From positions 58,466,001 to 58,530,000 of the forward strand of contig OX638152.1 of assembly GCA_951804945.1 (NCBI GenBank): a DNA stretch of 64,000 bases, written 5' to 3'. The first letter of the stretch is position 1. Each line of letters starts with the position of its first letter. Of this stretch, positions 48,044 through 60,470 are shown piece after piece. The position numbers and the translations under genes are program-made. Source of the DNA: Podarcis cretensis (lineage: Eukaryota). The notes beneath the pieces were generated by a model that searched no databases, was not told where the DNA came from, and was given only the letters and a program-made list of their open reading frames with translations.

Positions 48044-51000
48044 TTTATAACATTCCACCAGAGGCAATGTGTTTGGATATTAAGATTTCTGTAACCAGCT
48101 GTTAAGTGCTTAGACTGGTGGCGCATACCAACATGTACACAAGCTCAGCATCCCAAGTCAAAAATGTTCCCTCCGTACTGAATAGATGCTATCACAATGT
48201 CACAGGGTAACACTGAGATAAATGCATGGAACTTGGGTGCCAAATCACATTACAGTAATAGAGCACAGCTGAATCCTGAGTACAATTGCTCAAAAGTGGT
48301 GCTGAAACTGGGAGCAGTAATTTGAATGAATTAATCAGTGGGACATATTTAAAATAGGGCTTCCCCCCTTGATCAGATTGTCCAGTAGCTTGCTCAGGTA
48401 AAGGCTGTGTTACTGTAATAAGGAATGAAAATAAAATATTGAAGATGGCTCTGTACCTTGCCAAGCACTCCCTTGTGATTAAATAAATCTGTAATAGTGA
48501 TTATGTGTGATTCTGCTGGTGAGGCTACCAGATAACAGCTTCAGAAAGTGGTGGTTCTTGACACCCAGATAACAACTATTGTTGTATTTAATGTAATACC
48601 ACTGCCACCGCTTGAGGTACTGTAATCAGTTATGCACAGCACCCGCAATATCCACAGGTAACAGCTGCAATCCTAAACACTGCTGCTGGGGAGTATATTG
48701 ATATAGTGATTTTACCCCTGATAGAACTACGCTACGAATTGAATTAAAAATACACATTTTATAACAGTTACAAACTACGAAGGTTTAAAATCTTTCCGTG
48801 TAACAAGCCAATGAAACACAAAGAAAACTGCAGGCTTCTAGCCTATTGCAACTGAACTTTACCAAGGCTTTTTATATTAATCCAGAAATTATTAATCTCA
48901 AACTGCTGCATTTGGCTTCTGTTCCAATTTGACAGATGATCGTTTATTAAGTGTGCTCTCCATTCTCTCTTGAGCATAGGGATGTTGCAAGTATTTTGAA
49001 TGCTCATGAGCAGGTTCAAAAATGAGCTGGCCTTTATGACATTGGAATCTTTTTCATTTAAAAAAATTGAATGAATATCTCACTTTAACTTAACAACTTC
49101 TATCCTATCTATTCTATACCAGGTGTCTACATCTGCTTATATTTCCCAAATTATAACAAATCATGCTTATCTATTGGCCCTTACCACATTCCAAGTGTTC
49201 TTCTTTCTTCAAATGCTTTGATATTTGTTATGTAGAGCACAAATAGAAATAAGCATATATGCTACGTTTCATGGAGTGGAGATGTTCTGGAATGGGAGGC
49301 AATCCTTGGATTGAAAATAATAAGCTATTTGATGGAGTCAGTATCTCTCAAACTGGAAAGTGCACAGTCTCTGAAGGCATCTACAAGCAGAGCATCCTTG
49401 CTGAAGCTAAGCAGATCTGGTTGCTGTCTGGATGGTAGAGCTGCAGGAACCACATGGATTTTCCTGAGCTTCCCAGAAAGAAAGCAGAGGATAAATGTAA
49501 CATACAACCTTTCAGAAAATCTAAGGAAAAAATTATCAGTAAACACCAAATGCATCAAACGGGCTGGCAGCATGGATGTCCACCTCTCCTTTGCAGTCGA
49601 GTACAAGCTTGGATTTGCAAACGGCATGTGAGTCATGAAGCTCACTTGTAAAGGAGGAGGACCATCTGCTAGTCATGAGCAGATGACAAATCTGATGCCT
49701 CAACACTGCTGCTTTTTCCAGATCTGTAAGTAAACACATTTTGTAACCTTGCTGATAACACTCTTCAAGCTTTCACTAATGGAAAAGTTTGAATTTATGC
49801 AAAGCATTGAAAAACATCTTATTTGAAATGCAGTTTTAAAAGCACCATCTCGGTTTTGATAGCAGAGATTGCGAACGTCAGCCTCCTAAGTGGAACCTGT
49901 TTTATTCAATCCATGAAAAAGTTATTCTGACTGTGACAAAGTAACGCACACTCTATGGAGACTTCTGATTTTGGAAGGAGCTAGGTGTGCTCCCTTCAGG
50001 GCACTCCTTCTCTAAAAGTCAATACATTCTCTTTTCAATGGTATGTTCTGTAGTGCAGCTCTGACCTCTGCTGGCCACAGACTTTAAAGACAACCCCAAA
50101 GGGAATAAGGCTGACTTCTTTTGTGGTTTAAAGAAAACAAGCTATATTTGTATGAAACCACAGAATTCTAGTACTAGGACATCCAGTCCAATTCTCTGCA
50201 CTAAGGCAGAATCCTTTGCACCCAGACTTATTAGCCCACATCCACCAATTACTTTATCCCACATCCTTGGATTATTGCAGATTATTCCACAAGCAGAGTG
50301 CACAACCAATCAAGAGGCTCGGTGCCAGTAAAAAAAAAAGGGGGGGGGGAGAGGAGAGAACATGTGTACTCAATCAAATCCAGATGGCTCCAGCAAAGGA
50401 ATGGTGCCATATGGCAACATGCCACAGGGAAAGGCGGACATACGCCCCCATGTCGGGTCACCTGCCAATTTAAAGAGGAAGAAACTAATACTACTTAATA
50501 TTTACACATGTACATGTGCTTCATGCACACTGTCAGAGTAATCCGTGCAAACAGCTAGCCATTATTATTCTACTATTATGGGAGATGGAAACAGAAATGG
50601 AGATACAGCAGTTGACGGCCACCCAGTTGTAGCAGGAGGAAAAGCTGACTTACTCTATGGCAAGGAGTTTATTTGGGGCTGGAGCATTGGAAGGTGTGCA
50701 CAAGGAGAGGGGAGAGCAGAAGACGCCAAGGACAGCCACGACAGCATTGACTTTGTTCCTGGACTCTGCCATAATAGGGCTTCTATAAGAACATCATGGC
50801 TTCCACCAGCAGAAAGCTTCGTCGAAATGCACTGCGTAAGAAAAGTGGCCCCACATTCAAAGGAATTCTTCCATTTGCTCAAGCTCTTGTGTAAAATTGT
50901 ATACAAGTTCTTTTGCAGACCTCTTCAGGACCCATTAGAGTTTATATGCTACAGCCTTCTTCCTTTGCACATTGTTTCTCACACTATGTTTCAGCATTGC

Positions 51001-51269
51001 ACTGTGAGAAGGCTTTTGCTTGTTTTCAGAACTTCACACAACAGCCTTAATACAGTTTCCCCTCCCACTGAAGGTTTCTTTAAGGTTAAGGAATCCAAGC
51101 TCTTGTACCAACTTTGGGCTTATCCACGCTTCTGCTTGTGCCGTACCTTGTGGTTTTCCCCTTGACCCACACCTTTCCAAGGGAAGCAATGTCAATCCAG
51201 AGAAAACCCGAATTGCTATTTATTCTGATTGAGCACTAAAGAGTGGTTTCCCCCAGGGAAAAGCAGTAG

Positions 51270-52420
51270 GACAACTACTACTTCATCTGCTTTTCTATCT
51301 TATAAAAAGGCATGGGAGGAATTTGAAACCTTCACTTCCAGCCTCACACCCTCTGCTTCAAACAAGGGTCCTGTGCTACAGTTTGGCACCATGTGTGCCA
51401 GGTCCACCCCCTCAGCACCAATGGAAGGGCAGGTTCTGCAATACCTTGCCCATCGTAGGTCCATGGGCAACGCAGCCAAGACCTTAACTGTCCAAGCGAC
51501 TGGTATTACTTTCTTTTCCAAATGCTTATTCTCCATTGACCCTTGCTTGGGATTCTTAGTTAAGAAGGCAATGGAAGGATGGCATAGATTGACTCCCCCC
51601 AGCTCCATATAAGCGCAGACCCATAACCTTCGACATATTAAAGCAAATTTGGAGATTATTGCCATCGATTTGCTGGTCCCGCTTTGAGTACAGTGATACC
51701 TCGGGTTACATACGCTTCAAGTTACAGACTCCGCTAACCCAGAAATAGTACCTCAGGTTAAAAACTTTGCTTCAGGATGAGAACAGAAATTGTGCAGCAG
51801 CGGTGCAGCAGCAGCGGGAGGCCCCATTAGCTAAAGTGGTGCTTCAGGTTAAGAACAGTTTCAGGTTAAGTACAGACCTTCAGAACGAATTAAGTACTTA
51901 ACACGAGGTACCACTGTATAGGCTCTTCAGAGCAGCATATTCTGTGGCCTTCTTTGGGGCACTTAGAATAGGTGAATGTGTGCCTGTGCAGAATAGAACA
52001 AGTGGGGCTGGTTGGGGGTGAGGCTTCTCATTAGCGATATCTCTCTTTCCCCATCCTCTGTTTACATCAATATCCGGGCTTCAAAAACGGAGCAACTGTC
52101 CAAAGGTGCTTCAGTTCACCTTCCCACATTTGGGGGTGTGGGCCCATGCCCAGTGAAGGATGTTAGGCATTTTCTTCAGTTGTACCCCAATGTTGATGGC
52201 CCCCTCTTCATTCACGAGGATGGGTCCCCCCCCTGGCCAGGAATCAATTCTCTAGGGCCATGTAAGGCAATTACCAGGTGTGGCCTGCAAGCCCAGCAGT
52301 ATGCCACACATTCATTCAGAATTGGGGCAGCCACCACAGCTTGAAGCTGAGGTGCTTCTGTCAAGGATATAAAGGCCATGGGCAGGTGGTGGTCAGAGAC
52401 CTACAGGAAGTATATACACG
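51270..52420 (+). pseudogene. Tyrosine recombinase of a DIRS/Ngaro retrotransposon (frameshifts, stops, MITE insertion)
   Basis: SYKKAWEEF; KRRPITFDILK; after MITE removal ICWSRFEYRLFRAAYSVAFFGALRIGE (catalytic Arg at 51965-51967); SKTEQ; CPV; PLFIHEDGSP; HSFRIGAAT (HxxR); MGRWWSETYRKYI. Confidence 0.95.
51691..51916 (-). mobile_element. Tigger/pogo-like MITE, copy 4, inserted in the YR gene
   Basis: TA TSD at 51689-51690 and 51917-51918. Excision restores the YR frame. Confidence 0.94.
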
Positions 52421-52467
52421 GCCACCATCAAAAACTCACAACCTAGTTTATCACAATTTTTTTGCAG

Positions 52468-52997
52468 GTTCTTCTAACAAGCATATCTGGATTAGGGGTC
52501 ACAGTATTGTGCATTGGGCTCGGATGCACGCCATCACCACCGGCCTTGGAGCTGCGCTTGGGCTCCCATCTAACATCTTGATTCACTAGTTTGGTTGCCA
52601 GGGCATGAAGTGGCCTGCATTTATGCCCTTAATCCTGCCAATGGGGGAAAACAGTTTGGGCCAACAAAAGAGCATTGATCATATGTGGGCCATAATTGAG
52701 GACTTGCAGATGTTGCACAACTTGTACCCCTCCATAAGCCTGGGGTGGTCCAAGATGCTTGAGACATGACAATGGCACAACCCAGACCCAGTGGGTATTA
52801 ACCAAGCTTGGAAAAAGGCTAATCATGCAGTGAGGCGGAGCATACTCCAGTGAGGTGGTTGGGTAGTTTTCCACCACAAGATCACATTCTCAAATGAGGC
52901 ATTGTTTCAGCCCAATGGCATGCATCTTTCCTAAGCAGGAAACCATATTTGGTTGAGAGATATGATTGAAGGCAATAGGGCATGGATGCAGATATGA
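52468..52997 (+). pseudogene. SGNH/GDSL-type hydrolase ORF of the Ngaro element (4 in-frame stops)
   Basis: One frame carries block I IWIRGHSIVHWA, block II GCQGMKW, block III GENSL and block V LFQPNGMHLS*AG..IWL. Confidence 0.85.
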
Positions 52998-54181
52998 GTG
53001 GTTTGGCGGTGAGCATTTGCTCGGTGGGCGGTTGGGCATTGGGGCAATCCTTTGTTTTGGATGGAGGGGAGGTTGTAGTCTCCGCCTGCCCCTCCAAACG
53101 CTGGGGTATTTTGTTAAAGGGATCCGGGGGGAGTGGCCTGGGCCAGGGCCAAAGGCACTCCCCCAGACAGTGGTCCCTGTGGGGGTTGCCCTACTGGATG
53201 TAAGTCTTAGGAACCTCTGCCTGGATTGACCACGCGTCACTTCCGACGGGCGGGCTGGAAGTATTTAGATTGCCCCATGCCGAAGCCAAGCCTCTTTCAT
53301 CTGTATTCAATAAAGTTGTGGCCTGTTTTGACCCCAAACCAGTCTCTGTGGTCTCTCATTATACAGGGGTATGGGAAGTCCGATGCCTGGTCCTGCAAGA
53401 AGAATTGTGGATAAGCTGTAAGTCTTTACATAATACTTGGATATAAGTATGGCAGTGCAAATTATAGTTGCAATTCTTGTTACACAATAGGAGCATCCAA
53501 CATGTTCTATGGCAACCCGGAAATGGGGGAAAGAAAGGTGTGTATTATCAGGTTTAATAGAAATCTTAACGTAAGAATTGAACTCAGTCACAAGATTTCC
53601 CCAATGTGCCTCAAACTTGGCAAGTAGATTGGAAGATATCCAGACTATCTGAGTGCCCAGATCTTGTGGCACAGCCAAGCAGCCTGGAGGCCCACCTTTT
53701 ATATCTGTAGCAAAAACCTTCCCTTGCATACACTTGTACTAGCTTACACAACAATCCAGTCATTCCTCAAGTATTTCTTTTATAACACGTTAATGAGTGT
53801 GCATCTAATAGCGTGAGATTAAGAGTGTTCTGCTTTGTATACAAGTAGTCAGCACCTGTAATGGCAGGTCAAAGGGAAAAAAGGGAGGAAGTGCTTTTTG
53901 AAAGACATGGAAGACTCCAGCTGGCATTCCTGCCCTCTGTCATGTGCCCTGCAGTGCTCCAACAGAACAGGAAGAAACAGGAAAGGGGCAGAGTTGTGGG
54001 AACCAGGGTTGGGGGGTGTGCAATGTCCCATTTCCACCCTAACTTCAGTCACTTTGCAAAGGGGAACAGGAATGCTGTCAGTCCCCTCTGACTTTCCTGT
54101 AGAACAGGAAGCCTCAGTGGAGGCTGGCAGGACTTTAATCAACTGAAGTGGCAGCGACTGAATAGAGGCATTAGGTTGCAG

Positions 54182-54767
54182 TGTTGTCACCTAGGACCAG
54201 CTACAGTGGTACCTCTGGTTACAAACTTAATTCGTTCCGGAGGTCCGTTCTTAACCCGAAACTGTTCTTAACCTGAGGCGCGCTTTCACTAAAGGGGCCT
54301 CCCGCTGCCGCTGCCACACCACTGACCCACGACTTCTGCTCGCATCCCAGGGCAAAGTTTGCTACCAGGAGCACCTACTTCTGTGTTAGTGGAACTCATT
54401 ACTGGAAGCATTTGTAAGGAGGATGGTACGTAACCCGAAGTTCCACTGTAATGCCTTTGCAGATGGGAACAGACCTATATGCCTTGACAGAGCCTGTGCT
54501 TATATTCCAGGTATTCTCACAAGGCAAGAGAGCCTTATAAGTAGTGCCTCATCTATAAAAGCTTGGTGGAATGGCTGAGAAACCTGTTGGGACATCTTTG
54601 TCACTTCCGTTCAGTTCTGAATTTCTTGCCCTGCTCCTGAATAATGACTCCTGAGCACTGCATCTGCTGTGGAGCCTGTGCCATTACTTGCCTGAATAAA
54701 GATCTCTTCCTTCCTTCCAAGTGATATTCTCTGCCTGTATATGTTGCGGGGGAGCCAGGACATCACA
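54182..54767 (+). mobile_element. Putative solo LTR interrupted by a MITE
   Basis: TGTTGTC start and GACATCACA end. TATA box CTATAAAAGC at ~54553 and AATAAA at ~54695, in LTR order. No clean TSD. Confidence 0.5.
54204..54448 (+). mobile_element. Tigger/pogo-like MITE, diverged subfamily, copy 5
   Basis: CAGTGGTACCTC...TTCCACTG with TA TSD. The left half matches copies 1 and 2, while the right half is diverged. Confidence 0.88.
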
Positions 54768-55041
54768 AACCTTTGTTAATAAATGGGGGGGGGGGGGGTT
54801 GGTTAGTGAGATGTGTGACCTGAGTCTAAGTAAGTATACCTAGGTTTTTCAAACGTGCCTTCTATACATCTCTGGCACACTTATAATAGGACAACTAAGA
54901 ACATCAGTGCTTTAAAATGTTTGCATAATAATTCCACTGTGCCTTTCCTCCTCTGTCTCCTGGCCTAATGACTATAAAAACCATCTAGGTCTGCCTTCCC
55001 TATTTTCCTTTCCATCACCTCTGAAAAAAACGTGCTCAAGC

Positions 55042-55179
55042 CAGGAATGGGGAACCTGTGGCCCTCTAGGTGTTGTTGCATTCCAACTTCCATCTTCCAT
55101 GACCATTGGATCATGCTGACTGGGGCTGATGGGGGTTGAAGTTCAAAACATCTGTAGGGCACCAGGGTGGAGAAGGCTG
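55042..55179. mobile_element. Short old hAT-like MITE (one of several)
   Basis: CAGGAATGGGGAACCTGTGGCCCTC...GGGCACCAGGGTGGAGAAGGCTG with an internal palindrome. Relatives at ~34690, 36105, 45200, 57830 and 61790. Confidence 0.65.
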
Positions 55180-56966
55180 GTTTAGTGTATAGCACATTGT
55201 CTTCTCTCCATGTGTCTTCAGGTACGATAGCAGAACTGTTGTTATCTTGGGAACCACCCTGACACCTGCGGATATAGGGCAGTATACAAATTTAATAAAT
55301 AAAAATATAAAAATATACAGTTACTGTTTCACACTTGTGTGCATGAAAAAGTTAACCTGAGCCCTGAACTCAAATTACCAGAGTGAGTGTGGCTTGGCAG
55401 GTTTGCAGTGGCTTCTCCTCCCCCCTTTCTCTGTTTCTCTTCCTGCTTTCCTTGACAAAGGAGCCATGCATCTTGGCTCCCAACTCAGCACATGCTGCAA
55501 GTGAACTGAATCTCCCCAGAAGGGGGATTTTAAAGCCTGCATCTTTGCTAACCCAAGGATTGTGTGATTGTTTTTGTAAGGAAACCAAGTACTTTTCTTT
55601 TTAAGTTGTTTGGGACCTTTTCTCATCTTCACTTTTCTGCCAGCATATAGAGACTTGCTTGCTGTAGCTTCTGGAAACTCTCTGAGTAAAACATACACTT
55701 CTTTGCAAAGTTAAGTGTCTGTGATTTATTCTAATCTAAGTATTTTCACTTGTTTAAAGACAAATGAGGGCAAATGTGCTCAGAGCAATCACCATTGTGC
55801 TTAACTCTGCTACTGGAGAGTAAAAATCTCCCTTCCAAACCTCTCTTCCCAACAAGAACATCAAAAATTTATACTCTGTGTTGAAAGAAAACCCAAGCTT
55901 TCATTGTTATTCACTGGATAAGATGGTAAAAATTGGTCCCAAATAACTTTTAAATGGAAAGACAATTAAAATTATGTCTAAGAAATGACAATGAAAGAAG
56001 GAATTAGAAGGGGAAATGGTTGATGGGTATAAACAGTTCCTAAAAACATTTGTGAGGAAAATACCAATCTCAAGAAAGACCAATAACACAAATACTTATG
56101 GGGTTTCTAAAAATATAAACAAATGAGCAGAGTTGTACATAAAGGGTTAAAAGTCACATTAGCATTGAAGTAAAGGGTAACTCTAGTTTTGAACAGGGCT
56201 ATCCAAGTACAGTTCTTCAGAAATTAACAGGTTTTTTTATTGCAGCTATTATAAAACTGAAATTTGTCTGCACCAAAATGTTTCCTTTACTTTGTATCAG
56301 TCTGATAAGCGATTTGTTCCACGGAGGGAAAGCCTTTTATCACCATAGTCCAGATGTATATTCTTGGCAAGGTCCACCAACTTAGAAGACTTTTTTCAGC
56401 TGAGAGTTTGTCTGTGTGTGTGTGTGTGTGTGTGTGTTTAACATAGGCAGCTCAAAAACGTGTTTTCAAAAAATCTGCTTTGTTGCTTCCCCTTCCCATT
56501 CTTTCTTCCATCTTCCTCTGCTTCCCCCCACCCCTCCCCCTCTTATGGCTTCGCCTATAAAGAAGCCACTAAGGGAAGCATTTAAAATATTTCTGTACCC
56601 ACTCATCTCCCCTGCTGTATTGAATAGATTCTTGCAATAACATTTCATGAACATCCTGAACATCCAAGGGGGTGTATTCTAGGATGTGCAGGGAGTGAGC
56701 TGCATCTGGGCCCTAGCACCTAACAGCCCAATCCTTCGCATGTCTGCACAAATGTAGACACCAAATGTCCTCAGAAGTCCTATTGAGTTTGCTGGGAATA
56801 ATTCCCAGGAAACTCTGCTTAAGTCTGCAGCCTCATCTCTTTGGCTGTCAGTTTCCAGAAAATGAAATCTGAGATTACCTGTGATCTTCTGAAGTATTTT
56901 TGGTAAAGAATAAAGACAGAATATGGACTTCATTCAGGGAAAGAGCTCCGAACCAAGGTACTAGAT

Positions 56967-57215
56967 CAGGGGTAGGCAAACTAAGGACTGGGGGCTGGAT
57001 GCAGCCCAATCGCCTTCTCAATCCTGCCCGCGGACGGTCTGGGAATCAGCGGGTTTTTACATGAGTAGAATGTGTCCTTTTATTTAAAATGCATCTCTGG
57101 GTTATTTGTAGGCATAGGAATTTGTTCATTATTTTTTTCAAAATATAGTCCAGCCCACCACATGGTCTGAGGGACAGTGGACCGGCCCACGGCTGAAAAA
57201 GGTTGCTGACCCCTG
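56967..57215. mobile_element. hAT-Charlie (OC1/nhAT-like) non-autonomous element
   Basis: TIR CAGGGGTAGGCAAAC / GGTTGCTGACCCCTG. Perfect 8-bp TSD TACTAGAT at 56959-56966 and 57216-57223. Confidence 0.9.
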
Positions 57216-57362
57216 TACTAGATGTTTGGTTTTATTTCATTTGTTTTAACAAGCATTATACAAACCCTTTTCTTCCCCCAGCCCAATATATTGGAGCACC
57301 CACTTTCCAGCTACATTTTCCAGTGTTAAAAAGTAAAACTGATGCAGAACTAATTCCAGTGA

Positions 57363-57706
57363 GAAATGGCAAAAATGACCAGAAGAATCAAAACTCAGGA
57401 AGACCAAATTTTTAATAAAAAATGGGGAAAATTTATAATTTATCTTAAAAACCATTGTAAACAGTTAAAATTGTTAGTAGGATTGGAATAACACTTGTAG
57501 TTTATTGGTGACTTTTGGATATAATGGAGATGTAAAAGATTAGGATTATTATAAAAGATGCAGGAGGAAATGATTAACAATAGGACCCACAAAGGGAAGG
57601 AGGGAAGTCCAGGAGATTCTATGGAATCTTGTCTTGATGTAGTATGTTGGATATGTGATTGTAAAACTGTGATTTGAAAAACCAAATAATTTTTTTAAAA
57701 AAAAAA
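57363..57706 (+). mobile_element. Short L1-clade 3' end (fourth L1 insertion, a further family)
   Basis: Peptide EMAKMTRRIKTQEDQIFNKKWGKFIIYLKNHCKQ followed by an A tail. TSD core TCCAGTGA at 57355-57362 and 57707-57714. Confidence 0.85.
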
Positions 57707-59945
57707 TCCAGTGACAAACATTGTTCTCTAGCATTCTCCACACTGACAATACTGGTTCATATATGAATTTTCTACACAGGTTGACCGCAGCATCAAGGGG
57801 TGACGTGTTTGTAAATGGGACATGGCTAGTCAGTGCAGTCCTCTCCAGAAGGGCTATAACTCCCAACATTCTGGCTGGGGCTGATGGGTGTTGGAGTGCA
57901 ACAATATCTGGAGGGCACAATGTTGACTACCCCTGGTTGCAGATCAAACAGTACCAACCAGAATTTTCATATCACCTTATGTTACTCCAAAAACGTATGT
58001 TCCTCAATAGACTCTATCTGTAGAACTATCTGTAGTTCATTAGATGTTGGTTGTGCCTTCTGTGTGAATCAGACTGATAACTTTGTAGATATAATGCCTT
58101 TATCTATGAATCAAAATGTCTGCTTGTTCAGCAACTAGGTGTAGGTATATACAACCTCTAGAAACTAGAGAAGAATACATATCTGTTATCTGTTATCTCT
58201 TTGCCTGCTTTCCTATCAGTTTCAATGGGCACCAGGCACCACTGGATGGAAGTGGCTTCATGGTATCACAGGGAGCAAGCCATTCAGTGCTAGACACAGC
58301 TAGATTTGGCAGTAAACAGGTAGACTGGGTTTCCTTTCACTTTATCTATAGTAGGAGATTGTGTGCATGAAGAACGTGCACTTCTACAGGAGTCTCAATG
58401 CTCATTTTATGTACATCTGGGCATAAACAGAGCTATGGAAACACAAACACACATGACCCTCCTGCTGCCTGCCTGAGATAGCAGTGCAGTGAAACTGATG
58501 GAATGGCATTGGCAGGCTCCGGCCACCATAGCATTTCTGCACTGTCAGGCCTCCTGTGTCTTTTTGTTTTCTCACGGTGAGAAGCAAGAATTCCCCACTT
58601 CTGTGACTTCAGCTCCTAAGCAACTGCTTCAGAGGAAGAAGGGGGCTTGGGCATTCCTCAAGTACACTGTGGTGTTCCCAGGCATTCAGTGTTCCACAGG
58701 CCCAATATTCCTTGGCATGTTTCCAGCACCTCAAAATGGAGGGTTCTGAGCATACTTGACTCAAATACCTTTGTTGAGTAAACCAGAACACAGGAATCAA
58801 TGCTTTCTGATTCCTCCTGCCTCAACCTATTCATCTAAGAGGAATTAACTATAGGTCCCAGGATGTGTCACAGTAATAGAGCTCTTGGAGTCTGTTTTGT
58901 CACCCCACCCCCTTCTCCCTATCTTCCGCTTTGGCCAGCGCACACAGAAGGGTTGTGGAAGTGGTGGCGGCAGCAATGCTGCTCCATTAAACCCCACCAC
59001 TGTGTGCCTAAGTCATCTAAATGGAAAATAAATACATAAAGGGTAGGGATGTTGTGTGATGGCAAGACTGAAAGAGAGGAAAGGCTGCAGCAGAGTCCAC
59101 CAGCAGCAGCATAAAGTTCAAGATCTGGTGGTTCACTTGTGACTCACTAAGAAGAGCATCACCTACTGAATCACAAGCCCTCTTCCTTCTCCTTCCACCT
59201 ATGTTTTCCTTGGCAATCTCCCACCTAGTAATGAATCAGGCTGACCCTACTCTAGGAAGCAACAACCAACAGCTTGAGGTGTTGTGGCCACAAGCTATAC
59301 TGTCTGGTTCTCAGGAAGCTTCCAGAGTTCCAGGATTCACTATAACCCTCTGTGCAGCCCTCACTGGGTCACAGTGTGACAAGAAGTTCTGCAATGTTTC
59401 CAGCCCCACCTATCTGGAATATTTTCCTGCAGAGGCAGTGAGTCACTTCCTTGTTAGAAATCTCACACCAAATTCTTCCTTTTCACATGTGCTTACAAGA
59501 TATTATTAATATTCTCTCTCTCTCTCTCTCTCCCCCCGTATACAGACTTTTTAATCATCATATATGTCCACACTATCAACCACTGTGATAGACTTCAGTC
59601 CACATTAGATTACAAATCTTTCCACTAGCTGTATTTGATACATCAGATTTTCTCTGGGATGTATCAACTTCTATCAGTAATTTAAAATCCCAGCTGTGCC
59701 TAAGTAACATCAACTTGTGTACAAAGGATTGTGTACAAAGGTTATCAATTAACTACGTGCTGCCAACACTGTCAAGTGCCTAGAGCTCAGGTGTTCACAA
59801 GCTGTACATGAATAAGTGTACCAGATTGCATGGACTGAATATGGACTATGCATGTACAGTTTGTACACACTTAGGTTCTGCACAAGTTTTGCTAAATATG
59901 TGAAGGTCAAGGGCAGGGCCAGCAGGCATTATATACATTTTGCTA

Positions 59946-60470
59946 ATGCAGTGATCAAGGGAAGTAATAGTACCACTCTATTCTGATTTGGTCACATCAC
60001 ATCTGAAGTACTGTATCCAGTTCTGGGTGCGACAATTTAAGGAGGATGTTGACAAGCTGGAATGTGTGTAGAGGAGGGCAACCAAGTTGATCAAGGGTCT
60101 GGAAACCAAGCCTTATGAGGAACGGTTCGGTATGTTTAGCCTGGAAAAGAGGAGACTGAAATATAGTATCTATATAGAAGATGGAGAAAACTTGTTTTCT
60201 TCTGCTCCAGAGGGTAGGACCCAAACCAATGGATTCAAGTAACAAGAAAGGAGATTCCAACTCAACATCAGGAAGAACTTTCTGACAGTAAGAGCTGTTT
60301 GACAGTAGAATGGACTCCCTCGGGAGGTGGTCGACTCTCCTTGGTGGTTTCTAAGCAGAGGTTGGTTGGCCATCTGTCAGGGATTCTTTAGCTGAGATTC
60401 CTGCATTGCAGGGGGCTGGTCTAGATGATCCTTGGGGTCCCTTCCCACTCTACAATTCTGTGATTCTATG
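59946..60470 (+). mobile_element. CR1 LINE 3' fragment
   Basis: Peptide [34 protein letters not shown], ending GGTCCCTTCCCACTCTACAATTCTGTGATTCTATG. Confidence 0.95.

Larger units (their letters stand above)
51270..53398 (+). mobile_element. Ngaro-type (DIRS order) tyrosine-recombinase retrotransposon, 3' half, decayed
   Basis: YR reading frame, then an SGNH hydrolase frame, then a GC-rich 3' region with AATAAAGTTGTGGCC ending in GCAA. No gag or RT visible upstream. Confidence 0.88.

Noticed and set aside
52012-52420. Phage integrase, bacterial contamination or a Crypton
   Set aside because: It is embedded in lizard repeats, interrupted by a host MITE and followed by a hydrolase frame and poly(A)-signal terminus, which fits a Ngaro retrotransposon.
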